Shown in pieces: positions 19,980 through 29,403 of a stretch of 64,000 nt of DNA. Numbering within the stretch: the stretch's first letter is position 1; each line of letters starts with the position of its first letter. The translations under genes were made by a program, and so were the position numbers. A model generated the notes under the pieces. The model was not told the DNA's origin. It saw only the letters and a program-made list of their open reading frames with translations, and did not search any database. Location of the stretch: positions 32,001-96,000 of IMG/VR virus record IMGVR_UViG_2930438282_000003. One strand, given 5' to 3'. This DNA comes from a virus (Duplodnaviria > Caudoviricetes).

Positions 19980-20246
19980 CTACTTGTCGAGCCTGACGGG
20001 ATCCTCCTCGTCCTGGGCCACCGCCGGGGTCCGGCGGAACACAGTGGCGAGGATGCCGATCGCGGCACTGCTCACGGTGGCGACTGCAGTCGCCGCGTCC
20101 GGCGTAACGGCGCCGGTCACGACGCTGACGCCCAGGGTGAGAGCCGCCGCCGCGACGCTCCCGGCGATGAGCCGATTGCGCTTTCGGAGCGTGAGGCTCG
20201 TCTCGTTCGTCTTGCGCTCAGTACGTCCAGCACTACGGTGGTGCAC
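19980..20246 (-). CDS. Small two-helix membrane protein
   Basis: RKRNRLIAGSVAAAALTLGVSVVTG...AAIGILATVFRR; start uncertain. Confidence 0.5.
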   Translation of the reverse strand: MHHRSAGRTERKTNETSLTLRKRNRLIAGSVAAAALTLGVSVVTGAVTPDAATAVATVSSAAIGILATVFRRTPAVAQDEEDPVRLDK

Positions 20247-20282
20247 GGGTAGAGACCTTTCTGGTCCTCACGCATATGCCCG

Positions 20283-20310
20283 GCGGCCCCCTGTTCCAGC
20301 AGGGGGCCGC
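20283..20310. terminator. 11-bp inverted repeat hairpin
   Basis: GCGGCCCCCTG-ttccag-CAGGGGGCCGC. Confidence 0.5.
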
Positions 20311-20687
20311 AGCCATGCCGGGGCGCGGCTGCGGCCAAAGGCCTGTAGGAGCACCCCTGTTGGGTGCCACGAGAATTGCCTCACCCCGGTGACCGCAAAA
20401 GCAACAAACGTGGCCTCGGTCACAGTTGTTCAATCGACCGCTCCATTACCCGCGTCCGGGGGCTTACCGGCGTACGCTCACGACCTTTTCACGGCCTCCG
20501 ACGTGCAGCGATGCGCGGCGACTTCGCCTACGCCATCACGAGATCGATGGCCAACAAACCTACTTTCGACAGGTGTGCGACTGTGGGCCATGTCACGGCA
20601 TCGGGGCGCGGAATAGCGCCCTCCGCCAACCCTCTTTTCCGCACTCCAACCGAAAGGACGGGGGGACCACAACCGACACGGTGAGGC

Positions 20688-20756
20688 TAAGATCCTCGCT
20701 AGACGACTGCTGGTTATGGGCCGGGTCTTCCAGATCGATCGCTGGAGAACCTGCCC
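20688..20756 (+). promoter_or_regulatory. Conserved leader copy 1 (before major capsid gene)
   Basis: TAAGAT 20688; CTGCTGGTTATGGGCCGGG 20707-20725; GGGCCGGGTCTTCCAG pairs imperfectly with CTGGAGAACCTGCCC, hiding the GGAG RBS. Confidence 0.85.
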
Positions 20757-22412
20757 ATGGACGACTTCCAGATTCCCGAGGACATCCGCGCTCTCGACGA
20801 CGCCCAACTCGCTGAGGCGCTCGCCGGCGCCACCCAGGCCTTCCAGGCCCTGTCGTCCCAGACCCGCATCGACGACTCGACGATGGGGCAGCTGCGTGCC
20901 CTGTCGACGTGCGTTCAGGACATCCGGCAGGAGCAGTCCGACCGTATCTCCGCCGCCGAGGCCGCCGCCGACGAGATCGAGCAGCTCGCCGCGCAGGTCC
21001 GTGGAGACGACCCGGCTGCCCACGTCGAGGAGACCCCGGCCGAGCCGACCACCGCCGCAGCCGAACCCGCGGCCGAGCCCGGCCCGGCCGCTTCCGAGCC
21101 GGCCAACGAGCCGCAGGCCACCGCGACCGCCTCCCTTGCCCGCCCCTCCCTCGACCTGTCCCTGGTGAGGCGCCGTCAGACACGCGTCCTCCCGGAGCCG
21201 CCCGCCCCGGGCACCGTCATCACCGCCGCCGTCGACGTCCCCGGCTACACGCCAGGCGCCGAACTCGACTTCAACCAGGTCACCGCGGGCGTCATCTCCC
21301 GCGCGAACGCCCTGAAGACCGCCGGTGGTGGCCTTGGACAGGTCATCAGCTACCACCACCCGTACCCGGAGGAGCTGATCGTCACGGACTCCTCGTCGGC
21401 GCCCGAGGGCACCGAGGTGGCGCTCCGCGCGGCCGACCAGTCTCGCCTCCCCGAGAAGGACCTCGTGGCGTCCGGAGGCTGGTGCGCGCCGTCAGAGACC
21501 GTGTACGAGCTGACGTCGGTCGCCTGTCCCGACATGCTGTGGGACGCGCCGGAAATCCAGCTCGCCCGTGGCGGCCTGCGGTACTACAAGACGCCGTCGC
21601 TGGACGTCGCGGCGATGACGTTCGTGCACACCGAGGCCGACGACATCTCCGGTGCGACGAAGCCGTGCTTCAAGATCCCGTGCCCGGACCCGGTGGAGAT
21701 GCGCTGTGACGCGGTCGGTGTCTGCCTGGAGGCGGGCATCCTGACTCAGCGCCACTTCCCGGAGCTGGTCAACTGGTACCTGCGGAACGCGATGGTGGCG
21801 CACGAGATCCGCCTCCGCTCGGTCCTATTCTCGCAGGCCCTGGCCACCGCCACCCCCGTCACCCTCACGGAGACGTTCGGCGCGATCTCGGCGATCTTCG
21901 CGGCCGTCGCCCTACAGGCCGCCGACATGGTCGAGCGCCACTCGTTCTGTGACTCGATCTCCCTGGAGGTCGTGTTCCCGTGGTGGTCGCGGAACCTGTT
22001 CCTCGCCGACCTGGCGCGCCGTAACGGCGTCAGCATCGACGAGGTCACCACCGCCGACGTGCAGAGCGTATTCCGGCCGCTCGGGGTCCGCATCCAGTGG
22101 GCGCGGAACCTGATCGCCCCGAACGTCACCGGCGCGACGATGGGCCAGACCGCCCCGGCGACGGCCTGGCCTGCCGAGATCAAGTTCCTGATCTACCCGT
22201 CCGGCCAGCTGCAGATCGGCCGTGGCGAAGAGGTCAACCTCGGCGTCATCCACGACTCGACGAAGTTCTCCACCAATGACTACACCGCGCTGTTCTCGGA
22301 GGAGTGTGTCGGTCTCGTGGACCGCTCCGTCGACACCCGCGTCGTCACCGTTCCCGTCTGCCCGTCCGGTGAGACCGGCGCGCAGACCCTGATGGCCTGC
22401 CCCGCAGCCTGA
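20757..22412 (+). CDS. Major capsid (hexamer-type) protein with N-terminal scaffold-like region
   Basis: Acidic helical N-terminus, then LVASGGWCAPSETVYEL, a motif typical of cluster-B-like capsids; C-terminal DSTKFSTNDYTALFSEE. Confidence 0.85.
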   Translation: MDDFQIPEDIRALDDAQLAEALAGATQAFQALSSQTRIDDSTMGQLRALSTCVQDIRQEQSDRISAAEAAADEIEQLAAQVRGDDPAAHVEETPAEPTTAAAEPAAEPGPAASEPANEPQATATASLARPSLDLSLVRRRQTRVLPEPPAPGTVITAAVDVPGYTPGAELDFNQVTAGVISRANALKTAGGGLGQVISYHHPYPEELIVTDSSSAPEGTEVALRAADQSRLPEKDLVASGGWCAPSETVYELTSVACPDMLWDAPEIQLARGGLRYYKTPSLDVAAMTFVHTEADDISGATKPCFKIPCPDPVEMRCDAVGVCLEAGILTQRHFPELVNWYLRNAMVAHEIRLRSVLFSQALATATPVTLTETFGAISAIFAAVALQAADMVERHSFCDSISLEVVFPWWSRNLFLADLARRNGVSIDEVTTADVQSVFRPLGVRIQWARNLIAPNVTGATMGQTAPATAWPAEIKFLIYPSGQLQIGRGEEVNLGVIHDSTKFSTNDYTALFSEECVGLVDRSVDTRVVTVPVCPSGETGAQTLMACPAA

Positions 22413-22431
22413 CCCCTCGCCCGCCCCATCA

Positions 22432-22466
22432 CGTGCCGGGCCCGTTCCTGACGCGGGCCCGGCACG
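22432..22466 (+). terminator. 13-bp perfect hairpin after the capsid gene (attenuator or stabiliser)
   Basis: CGTGCCGGGCCCG-9 nt-CGGGCCCGGCACG. Confidence 0.75.
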
Positions 22467-22494
22467 CCCCGATTTGAAGAGACGGAGGCGCGCA

Positions 22495-23337
22495 ATGGCT
22501 GCCGGCCTGCGGAAGTACGTCGAGGCCATCCCCGGCAGGCCTCTGCCGCACGGGATCCTCCTCAACACCTGTACTGACGTCCGTGACGTCACCGACGAAC
22601 ACGAGCTGCTCGGCATCGAATGGCTCGGCTTGGGCTGCTGCCCGGTCAACGTGTGGCGCGACCCGTGCACCGACGAGTCCCTCGGGGGCGAATCGCCGGG
22701 CCAGCCGCCGCAGAAGGAGTTCTGCAGGCCGACCGCTGAGCACGCCGACCCGATCACGGTGTACGCGGGCGCCGAGTGCTCCACGATGGGCTGGACGTAC
22801 GCGGAGGCCCGCACCCACGCCGAGGCGTCGTTGGAGCTCGGCGAGCAGGAAGCCGTCGAGGCCGGGTTCTGGACGAACACGTTGGCCATGACCGCGCAGG
22901 ACCTCACCCCTGCGGCCGGGCCGGTGAACATCGCCCAGGGCGTGGCCGCGCTGGAGGGCTGCCTGGCCGAGCAGTACGGCGGCGTCGGCACACTCCACGT
23001 CCCGGCCGGCGCTGCCGCGGTGCTGGGCTGCTGCAACCTCGTCCACCGCGACGGGAACGGCTCGTTGAGCACGCTCGCGGGGAACTGCGCGGTGATCGGC
23101 GCCGGATACAGCGCCATGAACACCGGCCCCGGGAACATCCCGGCCGATCCGGGCACGGCGTGGCTGTACATCACCGGGCCGGTCGTCGTGCGGCGCGGTC
23201 CGACCGTGACGATCCCGGACCGGCCGGGAGCGTCGGTGAACATCCGCACGAACGACCTCAGGGTTCTGGTCGAGCGGTCGTACGTCGTGGCCACGACCTG
23301 TGTGGTCTGCGCGATCCAGGTGGTGACTTGTCCATGA
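22495..23337 (+). CDS. Second capsid protein (pentamer-type)
   Basis: ATG 22495 after GGAGG. PITVYAGAECS, GVAALEG..YGGVGTLH, WLYITGPV and VERSYVV; follows the hexamer gene as in cluster-B-like phages. Confidence 0.7.
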   Translation: MAAGLRKYVEAIPGRPLPHGILLNTCTDVRDVTDEHELLGIEWLGLGCCPVNVWRDPCTDESLGGESPGQPPQKEFCRPTAEHADPITVYAGAECSTMGWTYAEARTHAEASLELGEQEAVEAGFWTNTLAMTAQDLTPAAGPVNIAQGVAALEGCLAEQYGGVGTLHVPAGAAAVLGCCNLVHRDGNGSLSTLAGNCAVIGAGYSAMNTGPGNIPADPGTAWLYITGPVVVRRGPTVTIPDRPGASVNIRTNDLRVLVERSYVVATTCVVCAIQVVTCP

Positions 23338-23768
23338 CAGATCTGATTCGTGTGCGGCCGATCCGGGCCCGCCTCGTCGACTTCGCCCGCTGGGCCGTCG
23401 CCCAGACCCCCAAGGTGCGCACCGTGTCGACGAACACTTTCGCCGTCCCACTGCACCTGTTCACCCACATGCCCGAGACGCTGCTGATCGACTCCATCGT
23501 CGACGGCCACCGCTACATCAGCCCCGACGAAGACCAGGAGTCCGCCCAGCCGGAACCGGCGACGATCCCCGGCCCGGACTCCACGCCGCTGCCACCGCCG
23601 GACTTCGCGCCCCTCGAGGACGCCCCCACCGACTACGGCGGCAGCGACCCGGACGACGAGCTGGCCGAGGAGTCCGGCGGTCGGTACGCGTGCGGCGACT
23701 GCCCGCGCGACTTCTCCACGAAGCGGGGGCGGGACCTGCACCGCCGCCAGGCACACCGGGAGGATTGA
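23334..23768 (+). CDS. Hypothetical protein with C-terminal C2H2 zinc finger
   Basis: ATGA overlap; ends YACGDCPRDFSTKRGRDLHRRQAH (C-x2-C-x12-H-x4-H). Confidence 0.7.
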   Translation: MTDLIRVRPIRARLVDFARWAVAQTPKVRTVSTNTFAVPLHLFTHMPETLLIDSIVDGHRYISPDEDQESAQPEPATIPGPDSTPLPPPDFAPLEDAPTDYGGSDPDDELAEESGGRYACGDCPRDFSTKRGRDLHRRQAHRED

Positions 23769-23772
23769 CGCC

Positions 23773-26700
23773 GTGGCCGTTGAGCCCATTCCGTGCAAGG
23801 ACGGCGGAGGCGGCACGCCCGTCGACGTCACTACCTGCTGTTCTCCGTCGATCGCCTCAGCTCCCCTGTGCCGCGCGGATGGGACGGGCGTGCTCCTCGT
23901 CGTCCGCTCGGGCTGCGTCGAGTGCGGTCAGGCCGCCGAGGACCCGGCGGTCGTCGGCTGGATCGATCCGGCAAGCGGCGCGTTCACCGCAGGCCCGGCC
24001 CCCGCCGATGCCGGCCCGTGCGAGGCCGGATGCGTCGACACCGTCTGCCGCCAACTGTGCGACGACACCGATGGCGACGGCCAGGCCGACGCCACCTACT
24101 CGGAACTGTGGTGCATCCGCGCAGACGGCTCCGCCGAGCTGGTCCTCACCTACCAGGACGACCCGTCCACGCCGTACACGCCCACGGCGCCCGTCGCCTG
24201 CACCTACGGCTGCCCCGAGTCCGAGACGGTGACCCTGTGCGACGCAAACGGCCCGTTCCTGCGCCGGTACAGCTTCCTCAACGGGACCGCCACGTACGAG
24301 GACGTCGCCCTCGACGGACAGACCCCGCACGTCGTCACCGGCACCGTCGGCGTCTGTCCGGCCGCCCCCGAGTGTGAGGCGCAGACGACCCCCGCTGCGA
24401 CGCTCGGCCTGTGCCTCGCCGACGGCACACCCATCGCCGTGGTGGTCACCCGCGACTGCGACGGCGCCACGACCCAGGACGGATGGCTCAACCTCACCAC
24501 CGGCGCCTACTCGGCCGGGGAACCACCGGCCGGAACGATGGCGTGCGGCAATCCGCGCAGCATCAGCACCACGGGCACCTTCTGCGACATCGACCCCAGC
24601 GGCGGGGTCCTCGGCCTGGTGCTGATCGAGTACACCTACGGCGCGGACGGCGCGGTCGCCGCGGTGCGCCTGGTCGACGCGACCACCGGCCAGACGTACA
24701 CCCCGCAAGGCGAAGTGACGACGTGTCCGGCCGACGTCGAGCAACCCGAACGGGACCTCGTCCAGCTCTGCGACACCGCCGCCGACGGCACCGTGACCGC
24801 GTTCGTGCGGGACTACGCCCGCGACGAGAACGGCGCCATCACCGGCCACACGGACTACTTGCTGGACGGCACCGCCTACACGCCGACCGGCTCTGTCGGC
24901 ATCTGCCAGTCGGAGACGTGCGGGGCGTGCGAAACGCTGCTCCTGTGCGACGTCGACGCCGCGTCCCCGTCCACCCTCGCCGGTACGGCCGCGTCCGGGA
25001 CACTGGCCAACGGTGTCACCTGGACGTCCACGGGCCCTTCGGCCTTCCCGCCGGGCACGCAGGGCGACGGCGCCGCCTGGTGGGGCCCGGCCCTCTTCCC
25101 CAACCCGAACGTCCCCCTGACAACGTTCACGTTCGACCAGCCCGTCACGGCCGAGTTCAGCGTCGTGATGGTCTATTCGACCGGCACCGGAGCCGGGGAG
25201 AACACCGTTCAGCTGCCGGCCGGGGCCGTCCCGCTCAGCCTGCCGCCCGGCTACACCTACAACCGGGCCACCGGCATCCTGCGCGCGGACGCCACCCTCA
25301 CCGGCTGCACCACCCTCAACACCCCCACCCGCGCGGCCAGCGCACGTTTCCGCGTCACGGGAGTGTCCTCCTTCGCGCTCAAGTACCTGGGCACAAGGAC
25401 CCTCCTCGTCGACTGCCGGCGGTTCGGCAACTGGGTGTTCGGCGCCGTGGACGTCTCCATCGGCGGGCAGTTCCTGCGCACGGTGTGCCGGGACTGCACC
25501 GGGGCCGTCACCTCGACCACGGACACGCTCCTCGACGCGGCAACGCCGTATGCGCCGGTTGGCACGGTCGGACAGTGCCAGCCGGCACAGGCGTCCGGGG
25601 ACACAGAGGTTGTCCAGCTGTGCGACCTCCAGTACAGCCCGGCCCCGCCGATCCCCACCCCGTCGTCCTCGTTCACGCTCACCGGCTCGGTGCAGCTGCT
25701 CGGCGCGGCGCTGGTCTTCTCCGGCGGGAACCAGGCGGTAACTGGCGTCGCCACCAGGAGCGTCAGCGGCCTGGCGCCGACCGCCAGCTACGACCTGCTC
25801 TTCGACGCCGGGTGGAACGGGGTCGGCGCACCACCCGGAGCCGTGGATGCTATCTACCGCGTGGAGGTCCTGGACGGCACGACCGTCCTGGCCACCCGGG
25901 ACCGTAACCTCACCAACGGCAGCACCTCGGCCGGCCACGAGGGCATGGCCGCCCAGGACCCGCTGTCGTTCGTCGCGCCAGCATCGGGCACGGTCACCGT
26001 GCGGTTCACGGACCTCACCACCGGCGGCGGCATCAACCGCGACCTGTACATCAACACGCACACGGTTCAGACGTCCACACTGCAGCTCACCGCCGTGCCG
26101 TTCCTGCGTCTCCTCACCTTCCCGGCCGATGGCGGCGCCCCTACTGTCACGGACACCGGCCTCGACGGGACCACGCCGTACACCCCGGCCGGGACGGTCG
26201 GCGTGTGCCCGTCACCGGCAGAGGAGTCGCAGGAGCCCGTTCCGTGCCGGGACACCTCCAGCACCCTCCTGCGCGACACCGCCACAACCGACCTGATCAC
26301 CGTCTTCGACCCGGCGAACCGAGCGAGTTCGGATGGGTGGGAGGTCGTCTCGTTTACCGGCGCCAACCCGGGCAGTGGACCGCAGGCGGCAATGCCGTAC
26401 CCGGCCCCGTATGGCACCCCGTTCGGGTATCCGGCGCTCGGCGCCCGCGCCGACCAGTCCGCGGGCACAGGCAGCGGCGGGCCTTGGAGCACCTACGACG
26501 CTGCCCCCGTGCGGTGGGTTCTCCGGAAGACGTTCAACGCCCCGGAGGACGGCGTCGCAGTCGCCCAGAGCGTGGGCTTCCGCGGCGACGGTGGCGCCCG
26601 CGTCCGGATCAACGGCATCGACGCCGGCATGTACGGGCAGTGGAACCAGCCCGCCACCAGTGGTACCGCGCAGATCCCCGTGACGGCAGGACCGAACACG

Positions 26701-29403
26701 GTTGAGATCGAGGTCCGTGACGTCGGCGGGATCAACAACGTCGTAGGCCGCCTCGACATCCTGCTCCCGCACACCACCCAGTTCATGCGCCGGCAGACCG
26801 TGGACTGCGACACCGGCGACGTCATCGCCACGCACGACAGCACCCTCGACGGGCAGCCGTACACGGTCACGGGTGACGTCGGGCAGTGCGAGCCTGTCGC
26901 CGAGTGCTGCGAGCAGCCACCGCCGGAGGCCCGCGTCGATGTCGAGACCGGTCTCCTGTGCCTGGTCGACGACGCCAGCGGTGACGTCCTCGGCCGCGTC
27001 CTGGCCGAGCGGGTCTATGACGACCAGGCAGGCGACCGCATCGAGCAACGGCTTGTCGACCCGGTCACTGGCGATCCGGTCACCGTCCCGGCCGGGGCGA
27101 GCCTCACCGTGTGTCCGGCACCAGAGCACGAGCCGTGTGGGGACACCGAACTCGCCGAGCTGTGCGACCTGACCTACGACCCGCAGGCCCCGATTCCTAC
27201 CCCAGCGGGCGACTTCACCCTGACCGGGAACGTGGTCGCCGCCAATGACGGCACAACCCTGTGGTTCGCGCAGGCCAACCAGGAGGCCAACGGTGTAGCT
27301 GAGCTGACCGTCAGCGGGCTGCTCCCCACCGTCCTATACGAGTTCCGGTTCGCGTCCGCGTGGATCGGTGCAGGAGCGCCCACCCCGGCCACCAACAACG
27401 CCATCTACCTGCTGGAGATCCTCGACGGCACGACGGTGCTCGCCACGAGGACCCGGAACACGTCCAACGGGTCGAGCGTGTTCCCGGGCGGGGTGCTGTC
27501 CGAGGACCTGCCGCCGCTGGCGTTCATCGCCCCTGCCACTGGCGCGGTCACGATCCGGTTCACCGACCAGACGACCGGCGGGCCGATCAACGACCGTGAC
27601 CTGTTCCTGATGCCGTTTGAGGTGCGCACGGCGGTGCTGACCCTCAACAGCACACCGTTCCTGCGGCGCTTCACCTTCGACTGCAACGGCGGCCTCACCT
27701 CGACCCAGGACCTCGCATTGGACGGCACCACGCCGTACGAGGTGCAGGGCGAGGCAGGCACTTGCGCAGGAGACGGCAGCAGCGGCGTGGCTGCGCCCGG
27801 CCCGGACACGGAGGTCGTGCAGCTCTGCGACGTCGCCACGGACGGCACGAGCACCCCGTTCCTTCGGGCCCTCACGTGGCAGCCAGGCGCAGACACCCCG
27901 ACCGTCGCAGACACCGCACTCGACGGCGTCACGGCCTACACGCCGGCCGGGACGGTCGGCCTGTGCCAGGGCGCAGCAGCGGCCGAGGGCCGGGACGTCG
28001 AGATCACGCCCATGTGCGTGATCGACGACAACAGCGGCGGCGTGATCCAACGGATCCTTGCCGAGGTCACCTACGACACCGCCACCGGCGCCCGACTCGG
28101 CGTCAACTACGTGGACCCCACCACCTGGGGGCCGGTCGCGTTGCCCGGCGGCACGCACCTGGACCTGTGCCCCTCGGAGCAGCCGACGCCGGAGCCGTGC
28201 CGCAACTCCAGCACGCTCCTGCTGTGCGACCTGCCCACCGACGGCACCCCAACGGCGACCGTCACGGACACCAGCCCCACGCCCTACTACCCGTACGCCA
28301 CCGGCTCCCCGGTGGCTGGCGCCCAGGCGCTGTGGGACGGCGGCACGCTGGACCTGCCGCCCGGCACCGGTCCGCAGCCGGGCACCACCGGCAGTGTCAA
28401 CAGCCTGGCCGCCACCATCGCGGCGCCGCGCCCGGCCTGTGACACCGGCATCGCCCACGTCACCGTCTCGCTCACGGTGCAGCAGACCGGCCCGGACGAC
28501 GGGTGCGGCCCCACCGGCCATCTGCGCCTGTTCAACGGCACCACACAGGCGGCGCTGACCGTGCTGCCGGCCAACACCCCGAACGGGTACTTCGGCACCC
28601 TCACGGTGGAGGCGGACATCCCGGCCGCCGACCTGGCCGCCGGGAACGTCGCCGTGGCGCTCGCCCTGGATGCCTACGACGACAGCCCGGCATCGTGCAC
28701 GCCGAGCCCCCGTCACACCGGCTGGCAGCTCTCCGCGTTCACCATCACCGCGGCGTACGACCAGGCTGGATGCGCGGCCCAGGTCCTCGCGAACGTGGTC
28801 ACGGACTGCGAGAGCAGACAGGTCGAGTCGGTCACGTACACGACGCTGGACGGGGCGCCCTACACGCCGACCGGCGAGATCGGCCAGTGCCAGAGCGCAG
28901 GCGGCGGCTCATGCTGCCCCGAACAAACCTGCCCGGCACAGAACATCATCGAGACGTGCAGGTGCGACGACACCGACGGCGACGGCATTCCCGACACCGG
29001 GTATGTGGAGCTGCTCGCCGTCGACTGTCAGGGCACGCTCACAAGCCTCGGCACCTACACCGACGGGCTCACCCACCCGTATACGCCCGTCTCGCCAGTC
29101 GCCTGCGATACCGGGGACGAGGGCGCCGACCCGGCCACCGGAGCTCAGGCCCACCGCCTCGAGCTCGCCGCCGGCCAGTCCTGGGACCTGTCCACCTACG
29201 TCCTCGTCCAGTCGGTCACCGCCGTCGCCCACGGAGGCGCGGGAACGGTGTCCACAGCCGACGGACAAAGCACCCTGCACACCAGCGAGGCGGCCACCTG
29301 GAGCCTGGCCCGCGATGTCGACGCCGCCGTGACCGGGCCACTCATCATCACCGCTGACACCGGCACAGTCACGATCACTTGGACCCAAGGAGTCACGCTG
29401 TAA
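23773..29403 (+). CDS. 1876-aa Cys-rich modular repeat protein (putative capsid fibre or decoration)
   Basis: Recurrent LCD...PFLR...LDGxTPYxPxGTVGxC modules, several carrying inserted beta-rich domains; no signal peptide. Confidence 0.8.
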   Translation: MAVEPIPCKDGGGGTPVDVTTCCSPSIASAPLCRADGTGVLLVVRSGCVECGQAAEDPAVVGWIDPASGAFTAGPAPADAGPCEAGCVDTVCRQLCDDTDGDGQADATYSELWCIRADGSAELVLTYQDDPSTPYTPTAPVACTYGCPESETVTLCDANGPFLRRYSFLNGTATYEDVALDGQTPHVVTGTVGVCPAAPECEAQTTPAATLGLCLADGTPIAVVVTRDCDGATTQDGWLNLTTGAYSAGEPPAGTMACGNPRSISTTGTFCDIDPSGGVLGLVLIEYTYGADGAVAAVRLVDATTGQTYTPQGEVTTCPADVEQPERDLVQLCDTAADGTVTAFVRDYARDENGAITGHTDYLLDGTAYTPTGSVGICQSETCGACETLLLCDVDAASPSTLAGTAASGTLANGVTWTSTGPSAFPPGTQGDGAAWWGPALFPNPNVPLTTFTFDQPVTAEFSVVMVYSTGTGAGENTVQLPAGAVPLSLPPGYTYNRATGILRADATLTGCTTLNTPTRAASARFRVTGVSSFALKYLGTRTLLVDCRRFGNWVFGAVDVSIGGQFLRTVCRDCTGAVTSTTDTLLDAATPYAPVGTVGQCQPAQASGDTEVVQLCDLQYSPAPPIPTPSSSFTLTGSVQLLGAALVFSGGNQAVTGVATRSVSGLAPTASYDLLFDAGWNGVGAPPGAVDAIYRVEVLDGTTVLATRDRNLTNGSTSAGHEGMAAQDPLSFVAPASGTVTVRFTDLTTGGGINRDLYINTHTVQTSTLQLTAVPFLRLLTFPADGGAPTVTDTGLDGTTPYTPAGTVGVCPSPAEESQEPVPCRDTSSTLLRDTATTDLITVFDPANRASSDGWEVVSFTGANPGSGPQAAMPYPAPYGTPFGYPALGARADQSAGTGSGGPWSTYDAAPVRWVLRKTFNAPEDGVAVAQSVGFRGDGGARVRINGIDAGMYGQWNQPATSGTAQIPVTAGPNTVEIEVRDVGGINNVVGRLDILLPHTTQFMRRQTVDCDTGDVIATHDSTLDGQPYTVTGDVGQCEPVAECCEQPPPEARVDVETGLLCLVDDASGDVLGRVLAERVYDDQAGDRIEQRLVDPVTGDPVTVPAGASLTVCPAPEHEPCGDTELAELCDLTYDPQAPIPTPAGDFTLTGNVVAANDGTTLWFAQANQEANGVAELTVSGLLPTVLYEFRFASAWIGAGAPTPATNNAIYLLEILDGTTVLATRTRNTSNGSSVFPGGVLSEDLPPLAFIAPATGAVTIRFTDQTTGGPINDRDLFLMPFEVRTAVLTLNSTPFLRRFTFDCNGGLTSTQDLALDGTTPYEVQGEAGTCAGDGSSGVAAPGPDTEVVQLCDVATDGTSTPFLRALTWQPGADTPTVADTALDGVTAYTPAGTVGLCQGAAAAEGRDVEITPMCVIDDNSGGVIQRILAEVTYDTATGARLGVNYVDPTTWGPVALPGGTHLDLCPSEQPTPEPCRNSSTLLLCDLPTDGTPTATVTDTSPTPYYPYATGSPVAGAQALWDGGTLDLPPGTGPQPGTTGSVNSLAATIAAPRPACDTGIAHVTVSLTVQQTGPDDGCGPTGHLRLFNGTTQAALTVLPANTPNGYFGTLTVEADIPAADLAAGNVAVALALDAYDDSPASCTPSPRHTGWQLSAFTITAAYDQAGCAAQVLANVVTDCESRQVESVTYTTLDGAPYTPTGEIGQCQSAGGGSCCPEQTCPAQNIIETCRCDDTDGDGIPDTGYVELLAVDCQGTLTSLGTYTDGLTHPYTPVSPVACDTGDEGADPATGAQAHRLELAAGQSWDLSTYVLVQSVTAVAHGGAGTVSTADGQSTLHTSEAATWSLARDVDAAVTGPLIITADTGTVTITWTQGVTL

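Noticed and set aside
19980-20246. Holin call for the small membrane ORF
   Set aside because: Opposite strand to the module and no endolysin nearby; hydrophobicity alone is insufficient.
20757-22412. Capsid gene as an encapsulin
   Set aside because: Portal, tail tube and tape measure genes in the same module indicate a tailed-particle capsid.
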